A stretch of DNA of 64,000 nt, taken from IMG/VR virus record IMGVR_UViG_3300042254_000186, positions 1-64,000 of that record. One strand, given 5' to 3'. Positions 37,168 through 47,568 of this stretch are shown in pieces. The translations under genes and the position numbers were made by a program. Positions within the stretch are counted from its first letter, which is position 1. The number at the start of each line of letters is the position of its first letter. The notes beneath the pieces are model-generated. The model had not been told where the DNA came from and made no database searches. It saw nothing but the letters and a program-made list of their open reading frames with translations. This DNA comes from a virus (taxonomy: Duplodnaviria; Caudoviricetes).

Positions 37168-38740
37168 GGTCACAGTAATACCATCAACAATTAATCCCAT
37201 TACCCAAATGCCACTAAATGCGAATCAAGTTAAGAAAGTAGCAGCATATGCAAGGGTTTCAACAAATAGCGATGAACAGTACACAAGCTATGAGGCACAA
37301 GTGAATTTCTACAAAAAATACATCCAAGAAAAACCTGACTGGGAATATACCGAAGTATACGCTGATGAAGGGCTTTCAGGAACAACAACTAAGAAACGAG
37401 CTGAGTTTAATCGAATGATTAAGGATGCATTAACTGGTAAGATCAATCTTATCATTACAAAGTCAATATCAAGGTTTGCGAGAAACACACTAGACACGAT
37501 CTCTTATGTTAGAAAGTTAAAAGATCATGGTGTTGAAGTATTCTTTGAAAAAGAGAACTTGTGGACACTTGATCCAAAAAGTGAACTCATTTTAACCATT
37601 ATGGCATCTATCGCACAAGAAGAATCACGCTCCATTAGCCAAAACGTGACGTGGGGTAAGAGGGTCGGTTTCCAGCAAGGTAAAGTTTCATTTGCCTACA
37701 AATCTTTTCTAGGCTATAAGAAAGAAGATGATAAGATTGTCATTGATGAAGATCAAGCAGTCATTGTTAGAATGATTTATCGTATGTTTTTAATTGAAGG
37801 TAAGACTGCAACTGGCATAGCAAACTATTTAAAGTCACAACATATCAAAACGCCAAGAGGCAAAGCGAATTGGACTAAGAATAACGTGAATTCAATTCTT
37901 ACCAATGAGAAGTATAAAGGTGATGCACTTCTTCAAAAGACCTATACCGAAAACTATCTTGATCATAAAATGGTTAAGAATAACGGACAAATTCCTCAGT
38001 ACTATGTAGAAAATAGTCATCCAGCGATTATTGACAGAGATATGTGGGAACAGGTTCAAATTGAACTTAAACGAAGAGAACGAATTGGTGCTAAATACTC
38101 ATCGTCTGATATATTTGCATCGAAACTGATATGTGAGGACTGTGGAGGATTCTATGGCAAAAAGAAATGGCATTCCAATAGCAAGTATTCTAGATTTGTG
38201 TATCAATGTAACAATAAGTTTCATAAGCATAAAGACAAATGCCAAACGCCTAATTTAGCAGAGGAGGACATTAAACTTAAATTCATTAAAGCTTATAATC
38301 TTTCAATGGAAGATAAAGTAAGAATCATAGAAGATACATACAAAGTCATAGAACTGCTGACCGATACAGAAAAACTCGATGATGTTATTTCTGAACTTGA
38401 GGACGAGATCATGGTAACTTCAGAAATAGTGAGTAGACTTGTCAATGAAAATTCAAAAACAGACATAGCTTTAGAAGATTACAATAAAAAGTATGAAGAG
38501 TTATCCAATCGATATGACAAGCTTAAAAACAAACAAACAGACTTGTTAAACGAAAGAAATGAAAAGCAAGGACAAGCACTTAGAATGAAAGCTTTTATTG
38601 CAAGCCTATCTGAATCTGAAGATAAGCTTGATGAATGGAATGAGCGTATTTGGATGTTATTAGTTGATGGAGCAACAGTTCACAGAGATTCGAGCATTAC
38701 ATTCAAGTTATACAATGGCATTGATATAAAAACAAAATAA
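37160..38740 (+). CDS. Large serine recombinase 2
   Basis: AAYARVST, KSISRFARN, NEKYKGD, CEDCG, C-terminal coiled coil. Confidence 0.93.
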   Translation: MPKVTVIPSTINPITQMPLNANQVKKVAAYARVSTNSDEQYTSYEAQVNFYKKYIQEKPDWEYTEVYADEGLSGTTTKKRAEFNRMIKDALTGKINLIITKSISRFARNTLDTISYVRKLKDHGVEVFFEKENLWTLDPKSELILTIMASIAQEESRSISQNVTWGKRVGFQQGKVSFAYKSFLGYKKEDDKIVIDEDQAVIVRMIYRMFLIEGKTATGIANYLKSQHIKTPRGKANWTKNNVNSILTNEKYKGDALLQKTYTENYLDHKMVKNNGQIPQYYVENSHPAIIDRDMWEQVQIELKRRERIGAKYSSSDIFASKLICEDCGGFYGKKKWHSNSKYSRFVYQCNNKFHKHKDKCQTPNLAEEDIKLKFIKAYNLSMEDKVRIIEDTYKVIELLTDTEKLDDVISELEDEIMVTSEIVSRLVNENSKTDIALEDYNKKYEELSNRYDKLKNKQTDLLNERNEKQGQALRMKAFIASLSESEDKLDEWNERIWMLLVDGATVHRDSSITFKLYNGIDIKTK

Positions 38741-38849
38741 AGAGAGGTCTACCGGTTGAGAAACAGGTAGGCTTTTTAGTTTTTGTCATTTTTATAATTA
38801 AGAAGGTATGATATAATTTATTTAAGAGGATATCTAAGGGGAGAACATC

Positions 38850-38979
38850 ATGGATAATTACGAAGTAGCGGTTAGAGGTACGAATTTAGCTGCACAAATT
38901 TTAGGTATGAAAGCTCTTGAAGTTCTGTTTTTTTTATAATCAAAATCATTCTAAAAGGGGTATTAATCCCATATTTCTA
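38850..38979 (+). pseudogene. Decayed 5' copy of the HExxH gene at 45166
   Basis: MDNYEVAVRGTNLAAQILG vs MDNYEVAINGTTLAAQILG; T8 instead of T7 causes a frameshift and TAA stop; upstream promoter region also homologous. Confidence 0.85.
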
Positions 38980-39007
38980 TATTCAAAATAAATGTGGTAG
39001 AATTACT

Positions 39008-42000
39008 GTGTTAAAGAAAAAGGTGAGAGATATGAGTTACCTAAAGAAACTAGTTATTGCATTATTGTTAGTAATTGTCATAACAATACCGGTAGTATCC
39101 GTTAATGTGAAAGCAGATGCGAGTGAAGAAAGAACTATTTATTTAAGTGCAACAGAATTTGATTACCCACCTTTTTCAGTCACAGATAGTGGTGAAGCAG
39201 ACGGTTTTTCTGTGGAGCTACTAAAAGCAGTTGCTGAAGAAATGGGCATAGTTGTCACATTTAAAATTGATCAATGGAACGTTTTAAAAGAAGAACTTAA
39301 AAATGGAGAATTAGATATTCTTCCTTTAGTTGGATATACAGAAGAACGGGACGAAATCTATGATTTTACTGTGCCTTATATCGTCATGCGAGGAAATATT
39401 TTCGTTAGAAAAGGTGAAAATGGCATTCAATCTCAAGAGGACTTATTTGGAAAAGAAATCCTTGTGCTTGATGGCGATAACTCACAAGAATGGGCTTGGT
39501 CTATCGGCTTAGACTCTGAGTTGACTGCGACTGCAACTTATTTAGAAGCATTTGAGCTTTTAGCGAGTGGTGTGTATGATGCCGTATTAGCCCAAGGTTT
39601 AGTTGGTGAAAAATTAATTAGCGATCATGGATTGGATAATATCACACCGGTCTATGTTTATGATGATAATGGTATTAATCGATATAAATTGAATTTAGAA
39701 GGATATGAACAAAAATTTTGTTTTGCAGTTGTTGAGGGAGATAGTGAATTACTATCTATTTTAAATGAAGGTCTTTCAATCGTATCAACAAATGGCACCT
39801 ATGATGAACTTTATCAAAAATGGTTTCCTTTTTTATTAGAATATGAAGGCGTTTCAACAGCTGAGGTTCTTAAATATGTTGGTTATGTACTGATTCCTAT
39901 ATTGGTACTATTAATCACCGCTTACTTTATTACAACGAGAAAAACAATAAAAAATAAAACAGAAGAAATTGTAAAAGAAAAAAATATTGCTGAAAAATAT
40001 TTGCATGATTTAATCCTATCTGGAAAAATATTTGAAACGAGTATTGAACATGCACCAATCCCGATTATGATTCATGCAGATGACGGTCAAGTGATAAATA
40101 TTAGTAAAACTTGGACAAAACTAACAGGTTATCAAAAAGAAGACATACCTACCATCTATGAATGGACAGAAAAGGCTTTTGGGACTAAGAAAGAAGATGT
40201 GCAAAGATTTATATCAGGACTTTATATTTTAACGGAAACTCAACATGACGGAGAATTTGAAGTTAATACTAAAGATGACAAAAAATTAATATGGGATTTT
40301 TATTCAATCGGTATTGGCCAGTTAACAGACGGAAGAAAAGCTGCAATGAGTGTTGCGACGGATATTACAGAACGTGTTGAAATCAGTCAACTGCTCAAGG
40401 AAAGTGAAGAAAGATTTAAAGCATTGCACAATGCTTCTTTTGGTGGTATTTCCATTCATGATAAGGGATTAATCCTTGATTGTAATCAAGGACTTGCTGA
40501 TATGACAGGTTATTCCCAAAACGAACTCATTGGTAGTGATGGGGTAATGTTAATCGCACCTGATTATAGGGATTTTGTAATGAATAAAATCACTTCTAGT
40601 TATGAAAAGCCTTATGAAGCCTATGGACTTAGAAAAAACGGGGATATATATCCACTAAGATTAGAAGCGAGAAAAATCCCTTATAAAGGAAAACAGGTTC
40701 GAGTTGTTGAATTTAGAGATATCACTGAACAAAAAAAAGTTGAAGAAGAACTATTAGTTAAACAAAAAGAATTACAACACTCGAAATATTTAATGAATTA
40801 TATCATTGAACATAATAATGCAGGTGTTGCAGTTCATGACAAAGAGTTGAATTATGTTTATGTGAGCAATAAATACTTAGATCAATACGATATTCATGAT
40901 GATATCATTGGAAAGCATCATCATGATGTTTTTCCAGATTTGCCTGACAAGTGGCGTGAAATTCATCAGAAAACATTACAGGGCATGGTTTTTAAAAACG
41001 ATAAGGATCTCTTTGTGAGAAATGATGGAATCTTACTATGGACAAGATGGGAATGTCGACCTTGGTATGATGCCAATGATGAAATTGCTGGAATTATTAT
41101 ATACACCGAAGTTATTAATGAATTAGTTAAAGCGGAGCAAGAAAAAGAATATCTATTAACACACGATCAACTAACTGGCTTGAATACTCGTATATATTTT
41201 GATGAGCAAATAAAGCAAATCGATAAAGATGAGAACCTTCCAATCTCACTCATTAATTTCGATATTAATGGTCTAATTATAATCAACGAAGCATTTGGAC
41301 ATGAATATGGCGATGAATTTATCAAGTTTATTGCACAGACGCTTAAGGACGTTTTTAATGATGAAAGCGTTATTTCAAGAGTAGGTGGCGATCAGTTTAC
41401 AGTGCTTTTAAAAAACACATCAAACAAAACTGCAGAAAATTTAGCAAAAGAAGTTGCTGCTCGAGTCAAGAATCAGGATATTAAGGGCACCCAAATATCG
41501 ATTGCACATGGTATTGCAACAAAAAACAAAGATGAAGAAATTAGTAAGTTGTTTACAATCTCTGAGAATAATATGTATTCTAACAAGATTTTCGAATCTC
41601 AATCATATCGAAATAATTCAATTAAATCCATGATAAAAGCATATCATGAAAAAAATCCAAGAGAAGAAGAACATTCAAAACGTGTATCGATATTATGCGA
41701 AAAATTTGCTGAAGTTTTAGAAATGAACTATGAGGATATTAACAAACTAAAGGCAATAAGTCATCTCCATGACATCGGTAAAATTGCCATTGATGAAGCT
41801 ATCTTAAATAAACCGGGGAAACTAAACGATGTAGAGTGGGAAACTATTAAAAAGCATCCTGAAATTGGTGCACGCATAATTTCAACTTCACATGAGTACT
41901 CAGTCATTGCAGATGACATATTATCGCATCACGAAAGATATGATGGTAATGGTTATCCAAGAGGAATAGCGGGTAAAGATATTCCAATAAGAGCACGCAT

Positions 42001-42181
42001 GATTGCCATTATTGATTCTTATGATGCCATGACATCTGATAGACCATACCGAAAAGCAATGGCAAAGCAAGAAGCAATTGATGAAATCGTTAGATGTTCA
42101 GGTACACAATTTGATCCAGATTTAGTAGAGGTTTTCATCAAGAAAGTCATTATAAATGATGACGCTGATATAACATCATAA
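39008..42181 (+). CDS. Sensor SBP(PBPb)-PAS x3-GGDEF-HD-GYP c-di-GMP enzyme
   Basis: DYPPF..GFSVEL, PAS DITE motifs, degenerate GGDQF, HDIGK, HHERYDGNGYPRG. Confidence 0.9.
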   Translation: MLKKKVRDMSYLKKLVIALLLVIVITIPVVSVNVKADASEERTIYLSATEFDYPPFSVTDSGEADGFSVELLKAVAEEMGIVVTFKIDQWNVLKEELKNGELDILPLVGYTEERDEIYDFTVPYIVMRGNIFVRKGENGIQSQEDLFGKEILVLDGDNSQEWAWSIGLDSELTATATYLEAFELLASGVYDAVLAQGLVGEKLISDHGLDNITPVYVYDDNGINRYKLNLEGYEQKFCFAVVEGDSELLSILNEGLSIVSTNGTYDELYQKWFPFLLEYEGVSTAEVLKYVGYVLIPILVLLITAYFITTRKTIKNKTEEIVKEKNIAEKYLHDLILSGKIFETSIEHAPIPIMIHADDGQVINISKTWTKLTGYQKEDIPTIYEWTEKAFGTKKEDVQRFISGLYILTETQHDGEFEVNTKDDKKLIWDFYSIGIGQLTDGRKAAMSVATDITERVEISQLLKESEERFKALHNASFGGISIHDKGLILDCNQGLADMTGYSQNELIGSDGVMLIAPDYRDFVMNKITSSYEKPYEAYGLRKNGDIYPLRLEARKIPYKGKQVRVVEFRDITEQKKVEEELLVKQKELQHSKYLMNYIIEHNNAGVAVHDKELNYVYVSNKYLDQYDIHDDIIGKHHHDVFPDLPDKWREIHQKTLQGMVFKNDKDLFVRNDGILLWTRWECRPWYDANDEIAGIIIYTEVINELVKAEQEKEYLLTHDQLTGLNTRIYFDEQIKQIDKDENLPISLINFDINGLIIINEAFGHEYGDEFIKFIAQTLKDVFNDESVISRVGGDQFTVLLKNTSNKTAENLAKEVAARVKNQDIKGTQISIAHGIATKNKDEEISKLFTISENNMYSNKIFESQSYRNNSIKSMIKAYHEKNPREEEHSKRVSILCEKFAEVLEMNYEDINKLKAISHLHDIGKIAIDEAILNKPGKLNDVEWETIKKHPEIGARIISTSHEYSVIADDILSHHERYDGNGYPRGIAGKDIPIRARMIAIIDSYDAMTSDRPYRKAMAKQEAIDEIVRCSGTQFDPDLVEVFIKKVIINDDADITS

Positions 42182-42197
42182 ACGGAGGATAAATATA

Positions 42198-43097
42198 ATG
42201 AATATTAACTATAATGATAACCTTATTCCTTATCTATATGAGGGTGTATATGTTGTAGATCAAAAAAGAAAAATTATTTTTTGGAATGAAGGAAGTAAGC
42301 GTATTACAGGATACTCTGCAGAAGAAGTCATGAATAGTTTTTGTTATCATAATATCTTGCAACATGTCGATTCAGAAGGAAAAAAATTGTGTTTTGATGG
42401 ATGCCCATTACACAAAACGTTAGATAATGGAATGATTAATGAAGCGCATGTTTTTTTAAAACATAAAGAGGGTTACCGAATACCAGTGATGGTAAAAACA
42501 CTCCCAATTTATGACGAAAAACAAAATATTGTAGCAGCTATAGAAGTGTTTACCGATGAAAGATTTCAAAAACATATCTATCATGAGAATCTTGAACTTA
42601 AGAATAAACTTCGTATTGATCCATTAACAAAAATAGCAAACAGACATTTTTTTGATTTTCAACTTTCTAAAAAGATAGAAGAGACTAAAGTATTTTCAAG
42701 CTTGTTTGGAATTTTAATGATTGATATTGATCATTTCAAATCAGTCAATGATACTTATGGTCATTTGGTTGGAGATGAAATCTTGAAAATAGTTGCCAAT
42801 TCATTATCTTCAAATGTCGAAAAAACAGGTCTTGTCAGTCGTTGGGGAGGCGAAGAGTTTATTGCAATTATTGATGTTGATAATCAAGATGACTTGCTAA
42901 AAGTTGCTGAAAAACTTAGAAATGTTGTGTTAACATCAGGTTATCAATTGGATAGTGGCAAAACAATATCTGTATCTATATCCATTGGTGGAACACTTGT
43001 CAATAGTGATGATGATACTAAGTCACTAATTAATAGAGCAGATGAAAATATGTATTATGCAAAACAAAATGGAAGAAACCAATCCAAAATTGAATAA
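42198..43097 (+). CDS. PAS-GGDEF diguanylate cyclase
   Basis: DPLT..NR, DIDHFK.VNDTYGH..GD, RWGGEEF. Confidence 0.93.
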   Translation: MNINYNDNLIPYLYEGVYVVDQKRKIIFWNEGSKRITGYSAEEVMNSFCYHNILQHVDSEGKKLCFDGCPLHKTLDNGMINEAHVFLKHKEGYRIPVMVKTLPIYDEKQNIVAAIEVFTDERFQKHIYHENLELKNKLRIDPLTKIANRHFFDFQLSKKIEETKVFSSLFGILMIDIDHFKSVNDTYGHLVGDEILKIVANSLSSNVEKTGLVSRWGGEEFIAIIDVDNQDDLLKVAEKLRNVVLTSGYQLDSGKTISVSISIGGTLVNSDDDTKSLINRADENMYYAKQNGRNQSKIE

Positions 43098-43134
43098 TGG
43101 ATTATGTTGGTTTTTTGGATATTATTTTTGACAT

Positions 43135-43230
43135 TTACCTTTGTTAAGCCACTTTTCTGGGGTGGCGTAAAAATATGGCAGAGGTGCGCAATTGTATTAA
43201 AATAGGTTACATATTCCACATTAAGAAAAG
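43135..43230. repeat. Element right-end motif, copy 1
   Basis: TAAGCCA-N7-GGGGTG...AG.GGTG...AATTGTA..AAAATAGGT...AAGAA, homologous to 51983-52095. Confidence 0.65.
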
Positions 43231-43425
43231 TTATAGAAAAATTCTAGTATAATTTTTAAGGCATAAATAAATATGATGATCTTTATATCAAATATTTTAA
43301 TAATTAATTGTTAATGAAAAACTAAACGGAGTGTTCTAGTTATATTTGACTTTTAATGAAAGAATAACAGTAATTTTATAAAAAAGATGGATTATATACA
43401 ACTATAAAATAAATTCCAAGATAAA

Positions 43426-44331
43426 ATGAGGTATATAAATATGTATAAAATCAGTAAAAAATTTGTTACATTAATCAATCAAGAAAAAATAGCATACATT
43501 GATCAGGGGAAAAGTGAAAAAGTGCTTCTGTTAATTCACGGGAATATGGCATCTTCAGCAACAATGATTACATTAATTGAAGCCTTAAAAGATGATTATC
43601 GTGTGATTGCACCAGATATGCGTGGTTTTGGTGACTCGTCATTTAATAAAAATTTTACAACATTGAAAGAACTTGCATTTGATATGTTTTTATTTTGTAA
43701 GGCATTAAATGTCAAAAAAGCACACGTCGTTGGTTGGTCAACAGGATTTGGTGTTGCAATGGAACTCGCTTTATTGGCACCAGAAATGGTTCAATCATTA
43801 TTTAGTATTGAAGGAATGAGCGTTAAAGGATATTATTCTAGAAGGAAAGATAAAGACGGACATATTTTAAAACACAAAATTTTCAATAGTTTCAATGAAA
43901 TGACAGCGGATGAAAGCATGCAATTAGTTCCTGAAGCACTAAAAAGAAAAGATAGAGCGTTTGTTAAAAGCATATGGATGAACTTGCTCCTTCATGTGAA
44001 ACCAGAAAAAAACGAAAATTTACTTAATTTATATATTGATGAAACTTTAAAAGAAAGATGTCAAATGAATATTAATTGGTGCTGGGTTAATTATAATATT
44101 TCAAATGAATCAAATTTATATACAAATGGTCATAATAGAGTTAATGAATTGAAATGCCCAGTTTATTTAACATTGGCTGACAAAGACAATGTTGTTTATG
44201 AAGATATGATTATGGAAAATGTGAAATTTATTAAACAAGCTAAACTTATCCACTTTAATGAAGCAGGACATTGCCTTCATATTGATCAACTTGATGCTGT
44301 TGTTAAAGCAATGAAAAAATATTTAAAGTAA
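43426..44331 (+). CDS. Alpha/beta hydrolase
   Basis: LIHG, APDMRGFGDS, GWSTG nucleophile elbow, AGH. Confidence 0.9.
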   Translation: MRYINMYKISKKFVTLINQEKIAYIDQGKSEKVLLLIHGNMASSATMITLIEALKDDYRVIAPDMRGFGDSSFNKNFTTLKELAFDMFLFCKALNVKKAHVVGWSTGFGVAMELALLAPEMVQSLFSIEGMSVKGYYSRRKDKDGHILKHKIFNSFNEMTADESMQLVPEALKRKDRAFVKSIWMNLLLHVKPEKNENLLNLYIDETLKERCQMNINWCWVNYNISNESNLYTNGHNRVNELKCPVYLTLADKDNVVYEDMIMENVKFIKQAKLIHFNEAGHCLHIDQLDAVVKAMKKYLK

Positions 44332-44455
44332 ATGTGCGAATAATTATGAAATGAAATTACAATATTTTGTAAATAAAAACTGTTAGTCATATTAATTTAC
44401 CCAATATCAAAGTCTCTTTTTTATAGGGTAGAGTATATAAAAACTAACTGTTTTT

Positions 44456-44920
44456 TTATCTTACTTTTTTCATAAATGCTTCAAGTTGCTTAGTTTTAGG
44501 ATTTTCCAAAATGTCTGGTTCACCATGTTCGATAATATGTCCGTCATCTAGAAAGACAACATAATCAGCAAAATCTTTTACAAAACTTATAACATGGGTG
44601 ACAAAAATAAAATCTTTTCCTAACCCCTTTAATTCTTCAATAGCTGTTAAAACCTCATCAGTTAAAATAGGATCAAGAGAAGATGTTGGTTCATCTAAAA
44701 AGACAATATCAGGATTCATAGCAAGTGCTCTTGCAATTGATGCTCTTTGTGCCTGTCCTCCAGAAACATTTCTCGGTAGTTTATAGTGTTGATCTCTAAG
44801 ATGTAGAAGATCTAGATACTTGTCAGCAATTTGTGATGCTTTTTCTTCATCAACTTTTCTTGTTTTTTCTAAAACCAATGTAATATTTTTCTTAAGTGTT
44901 AAATGAGGAAAAAGATTATG
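44456..44920 (-). pseudogene. 5'-truncated polar amino-acid ABC ATPase (GlnQ-like)
   Basis: HNLFPHLT...SGGQAQR..IARALAMNP..LDEPTSSLDP..VTH; Walker A half missing. Confidence 0.85.
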
Positions 44921-45073
44921 GAAACATTCATAACCAATCTAAAAAAATCAGAAAATGAACTATCTGATTGGAATGTACGAATATGGATGCTTATGGTGGA
45001 AAGTGCAACTGTCCATAGGAATTCGAGTATAACGTTTAGGTTTCGCAATGGAGTCTCTATAAAAATTAACTGA
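44918..45073 (+). pseudogene. 3' stub of a large serine recombinase
   Basis: METFITNLKKSENELSDWNVRIWMLMVESATVHRNSSITF aligns with MKAFIASLSESEDKLDEWNERIWMLLVDGATVHRDSSITF at 38585-38740. Confidence 0.88.
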
Positions 45074-45100
45074 GTCGCTTGAAAAATAGCGACTTTTTTT
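45073..45100 (+). terminator. Intrinsic terminator
   Basis: AGTCGCT/AGCGACT stem plus T-run. Confidence 0.75.
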
Positions 45101-45165
45101 GTATTTTTATAATTAAGAAAATATGTTATAATTTTAGTTAAGAGAATATCTTGGAGGACCACATC

Positions 45166-45627
45166 ATGGATAACTACGAAGTTGCAATCAATGGGACTAC
45201 TTTAGCTGCACAGATTCTAGGTATAGAAACTCCTGATGTGCAGTTTTTTTATAACCAAGATTTAACGGAAAAAGGGATCAACTCCATTTTTCTAAAGGAT
45301 AAATATATCATAGCATTTAATGAAGAGTGGATAGAGCAAGCAAATCAAGTGGAAATTCTAATCACTTGTTTCCATGAGAGTAGACATGCACTCCAATGGA
45401 AAGTTATAACTGGTGAGTACACCGGAACTGAAGTAATAGATCCAATGACGATTCATAAATGGAAAGATGAAATGAGCAATTACAATTCACCTACAAAAAA
45501 AGACATTCCAGAAGAAGAATATCTAAAGCAGGCGATTGAGATTGATGCTATAGCATTTGCACATAAGATGATGTTAGAACATTTTGGGGTAAGAACTTAT
45601 GTACCAAATATGATTGAAAATAAATAA
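45166..45627 (+). CDS. HExxH zinc metallopeptidase-like protein
   Basis: FHESRHALQ plus downstream Y..Q.IEIDA.AFA. Confidence 0.75.
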   Translation: MDNYEVAINGTTLAAQILGIETPDVQFFYNQDLTEKGINSIFLKDKYIIAFNEEWIEQANQVEILITCFHESRHALQWKVITGEYTGTEVIDPMTIHKWKDEMSNYNSPTKKDIPEEEYLKQAIEIDAIAFAHKMMLEHFGVRTYVPNMIENK

Positions 45628-45657
45628 AAAATATATTTAGAAATGAGGGGATAAATC

Positions 45658-45990
45658 ATGAAAAAAACTAATAGTAACAAAGGAATCTTATATTTAATTC
45701 TAATTGTAAACGGTCTATATTTAGCCATTTCATTCATTGCTTATTTGATAAAAATGAGTACTTATCCTATCAGTGCGAATATTATAGATTTTCTATACTT
45801 AATACCATATTTAGCAATTGGAATAATTATAAGTGTGGGACTCTCATTGTATTTCTATAAAAAGTATGAACGACAAAACATTGATATCATCGAAAAATCA
45901 AAAGTTTTCCTATTGGTTAATTTACCTAGTTTTATTATGTTTGATTTAACCATCTTTATTATATTGGCTATGGTGATTCAAGTAGATTAA
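45658..45990 (+). CDS. Small membrane protein (3 TM)
   Basis: Three hydrophobic segments, RBS. Confidence 0.7.
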   Translation: MKKTNSNKGILYLILIVNGLYLAISFIAYLIKMSTYPISANIIDFLYLIPYLAIGIIISVGLSLYFYKKYERQNIDIIEKSKVFLLVNLPSFIMFDLTIFIILAMVIQVD

Positions 45991-46022
45991 CTTCAAATAA
46001 CATCATGTGAAGAGGTGGTTTA

Positions 46023-47549
46023 ATGAGATTTGAAATATGGGATGCCATTAGGATAGAAAATTTAACCAGTAAAGAAAAACTGCTATGGTTTGATACACTA
46101 AACTATGGCTTAGAGGAAGACAGAGGATACAAATTAAATGATCCTAATATTCAAACAATACAAGAGTCGATTAGAGAAGATTATATAACTTATTTGGAAG
46201 AGTGTCATAAAAGCAAGTTATTTCATTCGTATTTTGTGTTGTATGATAATTCTGTTATTGTGTCATTGTGTCGAGTGATTTTGAATGAACAAGGACAATA
46301 TTTAGTTGAAGGATTAGAAACACACAGAAGCTATAGAAAACGAGGTTATGCAAAAGCCCTAGAGAATCGCGTTTTTGAAGTTCTCAATAAGAGTAATGTA
46401 AAAACAGTATTTGCAAAAGTGTCAAAACATAATGAAGAATCACTTGCATTTCATTCAAAAATGGGCTATGAAGTTTATTCTGAAACAGATAGTGAATACT
46501 TGCTGCAATATAAAATACCAAGTGAAGAAGATAATATGCTAAGAATTAAGTTGATTAATCTAGTTCTTAATTCTTTTGAATTTGATTATAAACTTGTTGA
46601 TTTTCAAACATATTATAACTATATCAATTTTGAATCTGATCCTATCCAAGTCAAGATTATTGCTAAAGTAACTCTAAGTAATCAACGAGAGTATGTTATT
46701 AGAATTTTAAGAGAAAATCATATTACATTCGATGAAATAGTAAAACAAAATGAGTTATCTGAGATTTTTAGAGCAAATGGTATTAATACACCGAAGAAGT
46801 ATAATTTTGAGGGAAAACTTGTGAAAAAAATCTATCATAATAACTATATGATGTATGCTACTATTGAAGATTACGTAGGCGATCACATAAAAAAGCTGAA
46901 CAAGAACACTTTATATGAATGTGGTAAATTACTTGCGAAAACTCACAAAGTTTCTGAAGAATTAACTCTCTCCATAGAATCAGATGGATATGTATATAAT
47001 TTTGCAGGGAAAAACGAAGTAGTCTTAATTGACAAACTTGTTGATTTATCCATTAAATTCAATTTTGAAACAGATAAAATTAAGAAAATACATCAACTAT
47101 ATCTTCTAAAACATAAAAGAATCGTTAAAGCGTTAAATAACTTAAAGCGCTATGCTGTACAAGGAGATTTGAACACAAATAATATTAGCCTATATAACAA
47201 TGAGTTATGGTTATATGACTATAACATTGCCTGTAATGAATATTTTGTTGTTATGTTAGCAATAGATGCATTAATGATGATTTACGAGGAAGAATTCGAG
47301 GAGTACTTATCAAAAGAGGATAAATTTAGGACTTTTATTTCAGGATATAAATCAGTTAGAACTATGAATGAATCTGAAGAGTTATTGTTACCACAAATAT
47401 TTGAATTAGCTGATACATTGTGGTTTTCAAAAATTCATATCAGGAAGACATCACTTGAAAGACTACTTGATAAAAATGAAATAGACAAAGCAAAAACTTT
47501 AGTTGATGAAATTTATATAAATTTAAGTGCTGCAGTAGACTATATATAG
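46023..47549 (+). CDS. GNAT acetyltransferase fused to an APH/homoserine-kinase-like domain
   Basis: YRKRGYA...N..SLAFH..MG; GKLLAKTH, QGDLN..N, YDY. Confidence 0.75.
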   Translation: MRFEIWDAIRIENLTSKEKLLWFDTLNYGLEEDRGYKLNDPNIQTIQESIREDYITYLEECHKSKLFHSYFVLYDNSVIVSLCRVILNEQGQYLVEGLETHRSYRKRGYAKALENRVFEVLNKSNVKTVFAKVSKHNEESLAFHSKMGYEVYSETDSEYLLQYKIPSEEDNMLRIKLINLVLNSFEFDYKLVDFQTYYNYINFESDPIQVKIIAKVTLSNQREYVIRILRENHITFDEIVKQNELSEIFRANGINTPKKYNFEGKLVKKIYHNNYMMYATIEDYVGDHIKKLNKNTLYECGKLLAKTHKVSEELTLSIESDGYVYNFAGKNEVVLIDKLVDLSIKFNFETDKIKKIHQLYLLKHKRIVKALNNLKRYAVQGDLNTNNISLYNNELWLYDYNIACNEYFVVMLAIDALMMIYEEEFEEYLSKEDKFRTFISGYKSVRTMNESEELLLPQIFELADTLWFSKIHIRKTSLERLLDKNEIDKAKTLVDEIYINLSAAVDYI

Positions 47550-47568
47550 TATTTGAAGGAGGTTCATT

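Larger units (their letters stand above)
536..43230. mobile_element. Prophage 1, HK97-like siphovirus with twin serine recombinases (boundaries approximate)
   Basis: Ordered regulation, replication, packaging, head, tail, holin and recombinase modules plus cargo; right boundary placed at the end motif at 43135-43230; left boundary at the tRNA-Ser 3' end. Confidence 0.85.

Noticed and set aside
45166-45627. HExxH protein as an ImmA/IrrE anti-repressor for the Xre HTH
   Set aside because: It is far from the Xre gene, decayed in prophage 1's own arm, and the motif alone does not identify the family.
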